From positions 1,622-62,187 of the forward strand of contig CAZUPA010000004.1 in assembly GCA_964622205.1 (NCBI GenBank): a stretch of DNA of 60,566 bases, given 5' to 3'. This document shows, piece after piece, positions 1 through 7,903 of this stretch; the first letter of the stretch is position 1; each line of letters starts with the position of its first letter. Both the position numbers and the translations under genes were made by a program. Below the pieces are notes generated by a model, which worked only from the letters and a program-made list of their open reading frames with translations, searched no databases and was not told where the DNA came from. The DNA comes from an uncultured Sphaerobacteraceae bacterium (GTDB lineage Bacteria > Chloroflexota > Chloroflexia > Thermomicrobiales > UBA6265).

Positions 1-2
1 GC

Positions 3-416
3 GCCTATCCGGAAGATCTTCGGAAGGGCGTGCTGGCGGCCCAGCGCCTGCCGGAGTCCCTGCTCGACGAAGGCGTCACCGGCGACGTCTTTCCCATTCG
101 CGGCGTTGGCGAGGTGATGAAGGGCGGCACCGATGTCGCCGATGTCTCGTGGGTCGTCCCGACCGGGCAGGTCACCACCGCCTGCTTCGTGCTTGGCGTC
201 CCCGGCCATAGCTGGGCGAACACCGCCGCCTCCGGCATGTCGATTGGCCACAAGGGGATGATCCACGCGGCAAAGGCGCTCGCCGTCACCGCCGCGCGGC
301 TGATCCTCGACCCGGACCTGATCGGCGCCGCGAAAACCGAGTTCACCCAGTCCACCGCCGGTCGCCCGTACCAGAGCCCGATTCCCGAGCACGTCACACC
401 CCGCGTGGTGGCGTAG
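3..416 (+). CDS. M20 family amidohydrolase (AbgB-like), C-terminal fragment; the 5' end lies outside the window
   Basis: The reading frame is open to the window edge. The whole fragment aligns by eye with the C-termini of the full paralogues at 15281-16726 and 16775-18202 (DVSW..PTGQ, G.PGHSWA, SIGHKGM, STAGRPY..PIP). Confidence 0.8.
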   Translation, partial: AYPEDLRKGVLAAQRLPESLLDEGVTGDVFPIRGVGEVMKGGTDVADVSWVVPTGQVTTACFVLGVPGHSWANTAASGMSIGHKGMIHAAKALAVTAARLILDPDLIGAAKTEFTQSTAGRPYQSPIPEHVTPRVVA

Positions 417-545
417 CAACCCCCGATCGCGGGATGCCCATCATGCGGGGGGTGCTGACATGTGACCGGTGTTTCATTGCCCACTCGAGGGGCGTGAAGC
501 ACCGGGCCCGGAGGTATGTGCAAAGGAATTCAGGTGGAGCGAACG

Positions 546-1178
546 ATGAATGAATCAACGGTGATGGTGATCGACTATCGGACCGGCAATTCCCAGAGCG
601 TGGCCTACGCGCTGGAGGCTCTGGGCGTCGATCACCAGGTGGCTCGTTCGCCGGACGAGGTCGGCGATATCACCCACATCATCCTGCCGGGCGTGGGCGC
701 GGCGGGCACGACCATGCGGTATCTGGCGGAGGGCGACTGGCTCGATTGGCTGCATGATCGCGTCATCGAGCAGAGAACGCCCTTTCTCGGCGTCTGCGTA
801 GGCCTGCAGGTGATCTTCGAATCGAGCGACGAACAGGACGCAGCCTGCCTGGGATGGTTCCCGGGCCATGTCCGCGCGTTCGATCGCGGGGCGGTCCGGG
901 TTCCTCACATGGGCTGGAACCAGGTGACACCCGTTTCGCGTCATCCGTTCGTGGCGGAACTCCCGGACGATCCCTACTTCTACTTCGTCAACTCGTACTT
1001 CGCCGTTCCTTCGGACGGGGCCTTGCTGGCGGGTATCGCCGAGTACAACGGGCCGTTCGCCGCGATCGTGGCCCGGGAGAACATCATGGCGACGCAGTTC
1101 CACATCGAGAAGTCCGGGCCAGTCGGCCTCTCCCTGCTCCGTCGCTTCGCCTCGCTCTCCCTGGAGGACCTGTCATGA
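546..1178 (+). CDS. hisH: Glutamine amidotransferase, HisH type (imidazole glycerol phosphate synthase subunit H-like)
   Basis: Class I GATase motifs are present: ILPGVG, nucleophile elbow GVCVGLQ, and QFHIEKS (His-Glu). GGTGGAG lies 6 nt upstream of the ATG at 546. The stop overlaps the hisF start (ATGA). Confidence 0.85.
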   Translation: MNESTVMVIDYRTGNSQSVAYALEALGVDHQVARSPDEVGDITHIILPGVGAAGTTMRYLAEGDWLDWLHDRVIEQRTPFLGVCVGLQVIFESSDEQDAACLGWFPGHVRAFDRGAVRVPHMGWNQVTPVSRHPFVAELPDDPYFYFVNSYFAVPSDGALLAGIAEYNGPFAAIVARENIMATQFHIEKSGPVGLSLLRRFASLSLEDLS

Positions 1179-1987
1179 CCTCGCTGGTTCCACGGTTGAT
1201 CGCCTGCTTCGATGTTCGCGACGGCCTGGTCACGAAGGGCCATGCCTTCCAGGACAACATCGACGTCGGCCCGGTGGAAGATCTCGCCGGGTTTGTCTAC
1301 GAGCAGCAGATCGACGAAGTCATCGTCTTCGATATCCTCGCCAGCGCCGAGCAACGCGGCCCCGATCTGGAGATGGTCCAACGGGTCTCTCGCCAGATGT
1401 TCGTGCCACTCTGCGTTGGCGGCGGCATCAAATCGCTGGAGGACATGCACGCGGTGCTCGCCACCGGCGCCGAAAAGATTTCCATCGACTCGATGGCGGT
1501 CCGAAACCCACCGCTCATCACCGAGGGGGCCAGGGAGTTCGGCTCCCAGGCCGTTGTGCTCTCGATGCAGGTGAAGCGGGTCGAGCGTTCTCACGCCATC
1601 CCCAGCGGCTATGAAATCGCGATCGATGGCGCCAGGACGTTCACCGGGATGGACGCCGTGGAGTGGGCGGTGCGGGGCGCCGAACTTGGCGCGGGCGAGA
1701 TTTGCGTTAACAGCATCGACCAGGATGGAACCCACGCCGGGTACGACCTGGTGATCACCCGCATGGTGGCGGACCGCGTGTGCGTGCCGGTGATCGCCTC
1801 GGGCGGCGCGGGGAACGCCGCCCATATCGCCGCCGCCTTCACTGAAGGAGGCGCCTCGGCGGCGATCATCAGCTCGATCCTCTACTCGCCCCGCATCGCC
1901 CGGAACACAGGCGTCCGCGCCCTGAAGGCCGAGCTCGCCGACCTGGGCATTGCCATGCGCCCCTGGCGGGAAACCATCCCGGCCTGA
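1175..1987 (+). CDS. hisF: Cyclase subunit, HisF type (imidazole glycerol phosphate synthase subunit F-like)
   Basis: HisF hallmarks: ACFDVRDG, CVGGGI, FGSQAVV, NSIDQDGT..GYD, PVIASGG.G. The ATG at 1175 overlaps the hisH stop. The longer tracked ORF from 854 is an out-of-context extension across hisH. Confidence 0.85.
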   Translation: MTSLVPRLIACFDVRDGLVTKGHAFQDNIDVGPVEDLAGFVYEQQIDEVIVFDILASAEQRGPDLEMVQRVSRQMFVPLCVGGGIKSLEDMHAVLATGAEKISIDSMAVRNPPLITEGAREFGSQAVVLSMQVKRVERSHAIPSGYEIAIDGARTFTGMDAVEWAVRGAELGAGEICVNSIDQDGTHAGYDLVITRMVADRVCVPVIASGGAGNAAHIAAAFTEGGASAAIISSILYSPRIARNTGVRALKAELADLGIAMRPWRETIPA

Positions 1988-2254
1988 TCGGAGAAACGGC
2001 TACACGTGCCGGTGGCGACCCAGTGGAAACGCGATACGGGGACAAATCTTGACAGAGAGGGTAACATGATAATCGATGGACATGGAAGGGACATTTCTGG
2101 GGCACGATAGGAGCTGAGTCCACGTTCTGAATTGAATTCGGCCCCAGTACGGCCTGCCCCAATGCCACGTCATCTCCAGATGATCTGTCGACTCGGTAAC
2201 CCAGCATGCGTGTTTTCGTGTCTGGCGATCCTGGTCTGGAGTGGAGGTAAGCGA

Positions 2255-2617
2255 ATGGTGCGGCAAGCTCATCGCCGGGCGGTTGAAGCGCCGGTGTCAA
2301 GCGTTGTTGGGTTCGCCCAGGATCTGTTGTCACGGCGCGTGACGGCATACATAGTTGGCGTCAAGGATGCCAAGACAATAACTCGATGGGCCAATGGAGA
2401 GGTCGCGGGTATCCGCGATCACAATCAGGAACGCTGCCTTCGAGCGATCTACGAGATTGGCCAAACACTGCTGGAGTTGGAATCCGAGCGGACAGTCAGG
2501 GCGTGGTTTGTCAGTTCGAACCCTTACCTCGACGACCTCTCGCCAGTCGAGGCACTCCATGCTGGAAACACAGCGGATGTGAAGGCCGCCGCGCATGCCT
2601 TCATTGCCAATGGGTAG
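2255..2617 (+). CDS. Xre-type antitoxin with a C-terminal toxin-binding (DUF2384-like) domain
   Basis: The C-terminus AWFVSSNPYLDDLSPVEAL..G is typical of Xre/MbcA/ParS antitoxins. GGAGG lies 7 nt before the ATG at 2255. The gene ends 6 nt upstream of the RES gene. Confidence 0.75.
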   Translation: MVRQAHRRAVEAPVSSVVGFAQDLLSRRVTAYIVGVKDAKTITRWANGEVAGIRDHNQERCLRAIYEIGQTLLELESERTVRAWFVSSNPYLDDLSPVEALHAGNTADVKAAAHAFIANG

Positions 2618-2623
2618 GGGAAA

Positions 2624-3445
2624 GTGGTGTTGACTGTTGTTTCGCCGGGCGATTTGGAGACTTTCCGGGTCGCCCGGCGTTCAACCCGGGTGTTTGCTCC
2701 CACCGACTGGCAATGGGCGAACCCTGTCGACGGAACATTCGGATGTCGTTTCGACGATCCAAGGGCCTCGTTGGGACTCCAGCCCGAGCAACGCTTCCGG
2801 GTCATCTATTGCGCGACTCGAAGACTGACCGCGCTGGCCGAGTCACTGGCCAGCATCCGGACTCCAATAAGTCAATTGCACCGTCTCCTGATGGACATTG
2901 AAGACAATGGACGAACAGTAGACGAGAGCCTGGCGGGCGTGTATGAGGGAACGTTCGATCCCGCGGACCCCACTCGTGCCGTGATTAGCAGTGATTGGCG
3001 ATCCAGTCGCCAGATTGGTCGCGCCAATCTGGCGGGAAAACTCCGGTTCGCGGACATCACGACCGCCGAGAGCTTCCAGGAACTTCGGCATGCGGTTTCT
3101 GACGTAGCCTATGCCTTGGGCGTGGAAGAACTTGATCTGAGTTCAATAACGAGCAGGCAGAGGCGGCTTACCCAGGCATGTGCCCGGTACATATTCGAGT
3201 TGACGGATGAACATGGGAAGCGACTCTTCGATGGTATTCGATACGCTTCCCATCTGGATGCGAACTGGGAATGCTGGGCGATCTTCGACGACTCCATGAG
3301 CTATTGCAACGAGTTCGTGGAGTCGACGATGCATCCGGATGACCCCGACCTGGAACAGGTTGCTCGCCTGTTCGATCTGAGTATCGAAGTGGTCGATGGT
3401 CATTACCTTCGTCCCACCAAAATCAGGAGCGACCGTCCCACATAG
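2624..3445 (+). CDS. RES domain toxin (MbcT/ParT family NAD-targeting enzyme)
   Basis: R/E/S signature blocks are present: GCRFDDP, YCATRRLTALAES, IRYASHLD. GTG start. It is paired with the upstream Xre antitoxin. The islet has locally lower GC. Confidence 0.75.
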   Translation: MVLTVVSPGDLETFRVARRSTRVFAPTDWQWANPVDGTFGCRFDDPRASLGLQPEQRFRVIYCATRRLTALAESLASIRTPISQLHRLLMDIEDNGRTVDESLAGVYEGTFDPADPTRAVISSDWRSSRQIGRANLAGKLRFADITTAESFQELRHAVSDVAYALGVEELDLSSITSRQRRLTQACARYIFELTDEHGKRLFDGIRYASHLDANWECWAIFDDSMSYCNEFVESTMHPDDPDLEQVARLFDLSIEVVDGHYLRPTKIRSDRPT

Positions 3446-3506
3446 CACCCAGCCCGGATTCCTTGACGGATGGCCGGCACAAGCGAGGCATTCCTGGTTC
3501 GTCCTG

Positions 3507-4928
3507 TCAGAAAATCGACATGCGGCCGGGCGCGAGTTCGTCCGCCAGGGCAGATCGCACCGCCCGCAGCGCGCGCTCAAGTTGCGGCCGGGCCACCGTG
3601 CTCAGGCAGAGTCGCAGTCCGGAAATCAGGCTCCCGTCCACCAGGTACGACGAAGGCGGGGTCAGCACCACGCCGCGCCGTAGCGCGCCGTTCGCGATGC
3701 GCTCGGCCGCCAGTTCCGGCATCGGCATCCAGGCGTGCAGGCTGGACCCGAACGAGGGCTCTTCGATCGCGTCGCCCAGCATTCGACGGGCCAGCGTCAT
3801 CCGGTGACTCGCCTCCTGTGCCACCGCTCCTCGGACCTCGTCCGCCGCGCCGTCCTTGATCAACTGGCAGGTCAGCAACGCGCTTACCGAACTGGTCGCG
3901 TAGCAGGTGGCGTGCATCGCCCGCTCGAACCGCGCGAACCGGTCCTCGTCCGGAGCCACCAGGATGCCCACTCGCAGCCCCATCGCGATCGGCTTCGACA
4001 CGCTGCTCACGTAGCATGTCCGCTCCGGCGCAAGGCTTGCCAGCGGCACGATATCCGGCCGCTTCCCGCCCAGCGCGAACCCGACCGGCGCGTACACGTC
4101 GTCCTCGATCAGCGTCAGGTCGTGCTTGCGGGCGACGCGAACGATCTCTTCTCGCCTCGCGCGGGGCATCGTGCGGGAGGTGGGATTCTGCAGCGTCGGC
4201 ATCACATAGGCCAGCCTCGCGCCGGTCGCCACGACCGCCGCTTCCAGCGCGTCGGGCAAGAGTCCTTCCTCGTCCATCGCCACGCCCACGCATCGCGCGC
4301 CGCGGTAGTCCACCAGGGTTCGGAACCCGCTGAAGGTCGCCGCTTCGGTCAGCACCACGTCGCCAGGCTGGCAGTACGCATCCATCACCAGCGACAGCGC
4401 GTGCTGCGCGCCAGTGGTCACCAGCAGTCGCCGCCAGTCGATCCCGTCGAATTGCGCCGCCTTGCGGAACCAGGCCGCCAGCGTCTTGCGATGCCACTCG
4501 ATCCCGGCGTGCGGCGCCACCGTCAGGTGCCGCAACAGGTCAGGCCGCTGGTGGACGCGCGCCATGCCTTCCGCGATGGCTGGAACCGCGAGGTCGAGCG
4601 CCTGCAGGTTAAGCGACAGGTCAATCGTCGTCTCGCTTTCGAAGAGTTCACCTGCCCCGGTTGATTCCCGCGGCGGCGAGGCCGCGCTCGCCACGAAGGT
4701 CCCGCGACCCACCGCGCTCGTCAGCAGGCCCAGCCGTTCCGCCTCAGCGTAGGCCCTCGTGACCGTTCCCACGCCGATGCCAAGCCGGGCGGCCAGTTCG
4801 CGATGCGGCGGCATCTTGCCTTCAGGAATCAGCGACCCGGTCCCGATATCGGCCCGCAGCGCCTGTACGATGCGCTCGTACAGCGTCCCGTTGTGTGTAT
4901 CCAGCCTGGGCTGCCATGTCTCGTTCAT
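3507..4928 (-). CDS. MocR/PdxR-type regulator (GntR HTH fused to an aminotransferase-fold domain)
   Basis: N-terminal GntR HTH (LYERIV..L...I..G.L..G.K.P..RELA..LG..R.TV..AY). It is followed by a long fold-type I aminotransferase-like domain. It is divergent from an aminotransferase gene. Start chosen at MNETW. Confidence 0.8.
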   Translation of the reverse strand: MNETWQPRLDTHNGTLYERIVQALRADIGTGSLIPEGKMPPHRELAARLGIGVGTVTRAYAEAERLGLLTSAVGRGTFVASAASPPRESTGAGELFESETTIDLSLNLQALDLAVPAIAEGMARVHQRPDLLRHLTVAPHAGIEWHRKTLAAWFRKAAQFDGIDWRRLLVTTGAQHALSLVMDAYCQPGDVVLTEAATFSGFRTLVDYRGARCVGVAMDEEGLLPDALEAAVVATGARLAYVMPTLQNPTSRTMPRARREEIVRVARKHDLTLIEDDVYAPVGFALGGKRPDIVPLASLAPERTCYVSSVSKPIAMGLRVGILVAPDEDRFARFERAMHATCYATSSVSALLTCQLIKDGAADEVRGAVAQEASHRMTLARRMLGDAIEEPSFGSSLHAWMPMPELAAERIANGALRRGVVLTPPSSYLVDGSLISGLRLCLSTVARPQLERALRAVRSALADELAPGRMSIF

Positions 4929-5033
4929 GCGCCGATGGTACAACCTGAGTGTCTTAATGACAATCATGGAGACAATTGGATTATGTGTTGATACAGTTTG
5001 GTGCATCGACCTCAATGAGCTGGAGGAGCACCC

Positions 5034-6314
5034 ATGAAACTCACGCCGTTGTCACCCGCCATCGACTGGTCCACCGCGTTCGCGGGACGCAACGCCCACA
5101 TTCGCCCGTCCGAAATCCGCGAGTTCCTGAAGCTGCTGGGCCAGCCAGGCATCGTCTCGTTCGCCGGTGGCATCCCAGCCCCGGAACTCTTCCCGGCCGA
5201 TGCCCTCCAGGCGGCGATGACCAGGCTCATGGGCGATCCGGCCCGCCAGGCCCAGGCCATGCAGTACGCCTCCAGCGAAGGCTACCTGCCGCTTCGCGAG
5301 TGGATCGCCGCCCACATGGGCCGCATCGGCGTCGAATGCACGCCCGCCAACATCGTCATCACCACTGGCTCCCAGCAGGGCCTCGATCTCATCGGCAAGC
5401 TCTTCCTCGATCCCGGCGACGAAGTGCTCCTTCCTGCTCCCGCCTATCTCGGCGCGATCCAGGCATTCAATGTCTACGAGCCTTTCTACGGCGCCATCGA
5501 CCTCGCCACCGGTGAAATCGATGGCTCCGGAAACCCCGCCATTGCCTACATCGTTCCCGACTTCGCCAATCCAAGCGGCGAGACCATCTCTCTCGCCCAG
5601 CGCCAGGAACTGCTCGACCGCACCGAGAGCCTCCACCTGCCGATCGTCGAGGATGCCGCCTATCAGGCCCTCCGCTACGAAGGAGAGCCCGTTCCTCCTT
5701 TGCTCGCGCTCGATATCGAACGCGCCGGAAGCATCGAACGCTCCCGCGTCATGTACGCCGGCACCTTCTCGAAGACCATTTCGCCCGGGATGCGCGTGGG
5801 CTGGCTCTGCGCTTCCGAGGAGGTGATCCGGCAAATCGTCCTCATTCGCCAGGCCGCCGATCTTCACGGGTCCATCCTCGACCAGATGCTGATGGCCGAT
5901 GTCATCACGACCGGCTTCGACAATCAGGTCGCAACCATCCTGCCGGTCTACCGCCACCGCCGCGACGCCATGCTCGCCGCCCTCGACCGGCACATGCCGG
6001 AGGGCGTCACCTGGACCCGCCCAGAGGGCGGCATGTTCATCTGGCTCACGCTTCCGGAGGGGCTGGACAGCCGCGCCCTGGTTCGCCAGTCCATCGACGA
6101 GGAAGGCATCGTCTTCGTGCCCGGCACGTCGTTCTTCGCCGATGGCTCCGGCCAACGCCACATTCGCCTCAACTACACCTGCTCGGACGACGCCACCATC
6201 GAGGATGGCATCCGTCGCCTCGCCGCGCTGATCTCACGGCAGGCGAGCCTGGGCGTTGTATCCAGTGATTGCATGCAACACCACCCTGCCCTCAAGGAGG
6301 CTGTCATGGCCTGA
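5034..6314 (+). CDS. PLP-dependent aminotransferase, class I/II (2-aminoadipate/kynurenine aminotransferase-like)
   Basis: PSEIREFLKL..PG..SFAGG.P.PELFP N-terminal signature. The SKT..PG.R.GW lysine block is present (FSKTISPGMRVGW). Confidence 0.8.
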   Translation: MKLTPLSPAIDWSTAFAGRNAHIRPSEIREFLKLLGQPGIVSFAGGIPAPELFPADALQAAMTRLMGDPARQAQAMQYASSEGYLPLREWIAAHMGRIGVECTPANIVITTGSQQGLDLIGKLFLDPGDEVLLPAPAYLGAIQAFNVYEPFYGAIDLATGEIDGSGNPAIAYIVPDFANPSGETISLAQRQELLDRTESLHLPIVEDAAYQALRYEGEPVPPLLALDIERAGSIERSRVMYAGTFSKTISPGMRVGWLCASEEVIRQIVLIRQAADLHGSILDQMLMADVITTGFDNQVATILPVYRHRRDAMLAALDRHMPEGVTWTRPEGGMFIWLTLPEGLDSRALVRQSIDEEGIVFVPGTSFFADGSGQRHIRLNYTCSDDATIEDGIRRLAALISRQASLGVVSSDCMQHHPALKEAVMA

Positions 6315-6330
6315 CCACGGGAGAGACCCG

Positions 6331-6534
6331 ATGGAACTCCTCATCTTCCTCGTGTTGCTGACCACCCTTGCTCTTTCCGCCATGCGCTTCGGCGCCGACT
6401 CCCGCGATGGCAAGCCGAACTGGCCGTCGAATCGTCGCACCCAGCCAGCCCGGCGCCGGGCTCGCGAATCAATGGGGCCCCGCTCGCGGATGCATCGCCT
6501 GGTGCATCCGCGCGGCTATCGTCCTTCCGCCTGA
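6331..6534 (+). CDS. Small hydrophobic-N-terminus protein (MELLIFLVLL...RFGADSRDG type), hypothetical
   Basis: One N-terminal TM-like helix is followed by a basic tail. GGGAGAG lies upstream of the ATG. It resembles a recurring class of small ORFs in high-GC Gram-positive-like genomes. No functional evidence. Confidence 0.4.
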   Translation: MELLIFLVLLTTLALSAMRFGADSRDGKPNWPSNRRTQPARRRARESMGPRSRMHRLVHPRGYRPSA

Positions 6535-6639
6535 AATCTTCACGTTTCCCCACTCCTGTAATTCCTTCGGCTGGGCGGTACACTGGCACCCAATCCGGGT
6601 CCCCGCCACTCAATCCGCCGTGCCATCAGGGGAAACCAC

Positions 6640-7410
6640 ATGACTGCTCTCCCGCACCGCCCGTTCACCCGCCGTGCCCTGCTCGGCGGAGCGTCGATCG
6701 TGGGCGTGGGCGCCTGGGCCCACCGCGCCAGTGGACGCCAGGCTTCCGACCCCGTCGTGGAAGGAGACTGCGAAGACGAACCAGCCGTCAGGATGCTGTT
6801 CAACTGGCGGGCTGGTCTGCCCGTCTACCAGTCGGTCGCGGAATCCGGGCCCCAGCTCGACTGGCAACCCTTCAACCACCCGGACTTCCTCGGACCGTTC
6901 CTCATTCCTCCTGGATGGACCGGCTCCGCGGCCTGGGCCGCCAGCTTCACTCGCGACGGGGTTCCCGAGTGGCGGGACGAGCCGATGAGTCTCCCCCAGT
7001 TGACCCTCTCCCGCGTCACCTCACCCGATCGCGATGCGTCCTTCGAGTACGCCATCGGGTCGATTCAGAACGCCCTCCTCACCACCCAGCAATCCGCGAC
7101 TGTCGCCAAACAGAGTGTCCTTGGCGCCAACCCTCGCCTGCGCTCCGTCTGCTCGGTCGACGACCAGGGAAACGCCCTTGCTCCCGGCTGGTTCTCCGCT
7201 GACCGCCACCGCTCGAGTCTCCTCATCACCTTTGGCACGGCCCTCCCGTTGCCAAGCGAGGTCCTTCCCGGCACCGTCGTCTCCTTCAACAGCATGTTTG
7301 GGCGCCGCCGTGAGATGGAAGACCTCATGTACGACGTCTTCCTCCGGATTCTCTTCCAGTTTCTGGGCGGTGGGAGCGGCGATCCGACGCCTACCCCGAC
7401 ACCCACCTGA
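6640..7410 (+). CDS. Tat-exported hypothetical protein
   Basis: Twin-arginine signal FTRRALLGGASIVGVGAWA. The C-terminal tail is GGGSGDPTPTPTPT. I recognise no family. Confidence 0.6.
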   Translation: MTALPHRPFTRRALLGGASIVGVGAWAHRASGRQASDPVVEGDCEDEPAVRMLFNWRAGLPVYQSVAESGPQLDWQPFNHPDFLGPFLIPPGWTGSAAWAASFTRDGVPEWRDEPMSLPQLTLSRVTSPDRDASFEYAIGSIQNALLTTQQSATVAKQSVLGANPRLRSVCSVDDQGNALAPGWFSADRHRSSLLITFGTALPLPSEVLPGTVVSFNSMFGRRREMEDLMYDVFLRILFQFLGGGSGDPTPTPTPT

Positions 7411-7419
7411 CCGTTCGAA

Positions 7420-7452
7420 GATATTGACAATCATCTATATCCTGGCTATTCT
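7420..7452 (+). promoter_or_regulatory. arsR promoter with an overlapping ArsR-type operator O1
   Basis: TTGACA (7424-7429), 17-nt spacer, TATTCT (7447-7452). The ATG at 7459 lies 7 nt after the -10, with no SD, so the mRNA looks leaderless. The 22-nt site GATATTGACAATCATCTATATC matches O2 at 17 of 22 positions. Confidence 0.55.
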
Positions 7453-7458
7453 GCAAGC

Positions 7459-7842
7459 ATGACAACGACCGTACGTGTGATCCAGCCTGACAATTCCTGT
7501 TGCCGCAATGTGAACGAGCCTTCCGTTCTGGAGGGTGACACCCGAGGGCAATTGCTTGGCGTATTCAAGTCGCTTGCCGATGGCACACGTCTCGATGTCT
7601 TCCGGTTAATCGCCGCGCAGGACGAACCGATTTGCGCCTGCGACATCGTCGATCGGTTCGATGTCAGCCAGCCAACGATTGCCCACCACCTGAAGGTGCT
7701 GCGGCAGGCGGGGTTGATCTCGGTATCGCGCCGGGGTGTCTGGGCCTATTACGCGGTGGCTCCGGGCGGAATCGAGGCGCTGGAGCAGTTCCTTTCGATG
7801 ATAGGTACGCGGCGGCCGCGCGTGCTGGAGCGTGCCGGGTAG
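7459..7842 (+). CDS. arsR: ArsR/SmtB family metal(loid)-responsive repressor
   Basis: Winged HTH: LADGTRL.VF.L, ICACDIV (CxC in helix 3), SQPT.AHHLKVL..AGL. It also has an N-terminal vicinal Cys pair (S-C-C at residues 13-15). Confidence 0.85.
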   Translation: MTTTVRVIQPDNSCCRNVNEPSVLEGDTRGQLLGVFKSLADGTRLDVFRLIAAQDEPICACDIVDRFDVSQPTIAHHLKVLRQAGLISVSRRGVWAYYAVAPGGIEALEQFLSMIGTRRPRVLERAG

Positions 7843-7866
7843 GCCGGTACTCTTTTTTTGGGATTG

Positions 7867-7888
7867 GATATAGACAGATGTCTATATC
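7867..7888 (+). promoter_or_regulatory. Perfect 10-2-10 palindrome, candidate ArsR operator O2
   Basis: GATATAGACA-GA-TGTCTATATC lies directly upstream of the flavoprotein gene RBS (GAAGGAG). It follows a T7 tract at 7853-7859. Confidence 0.6.
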
Positions 7889-7903
7889 GTGAAGGAGCAG
7901 GTC

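Noticed and set aside
854-1174. 107-codon N-terminal extension of the hisF ORF overlapping hisH
   Set aside because: HisF homology begins exactly at the ATG at 1175, which overlaps the hisH stop. The extension is Arg/Gly-rich out-of-frame sequence of hisH.
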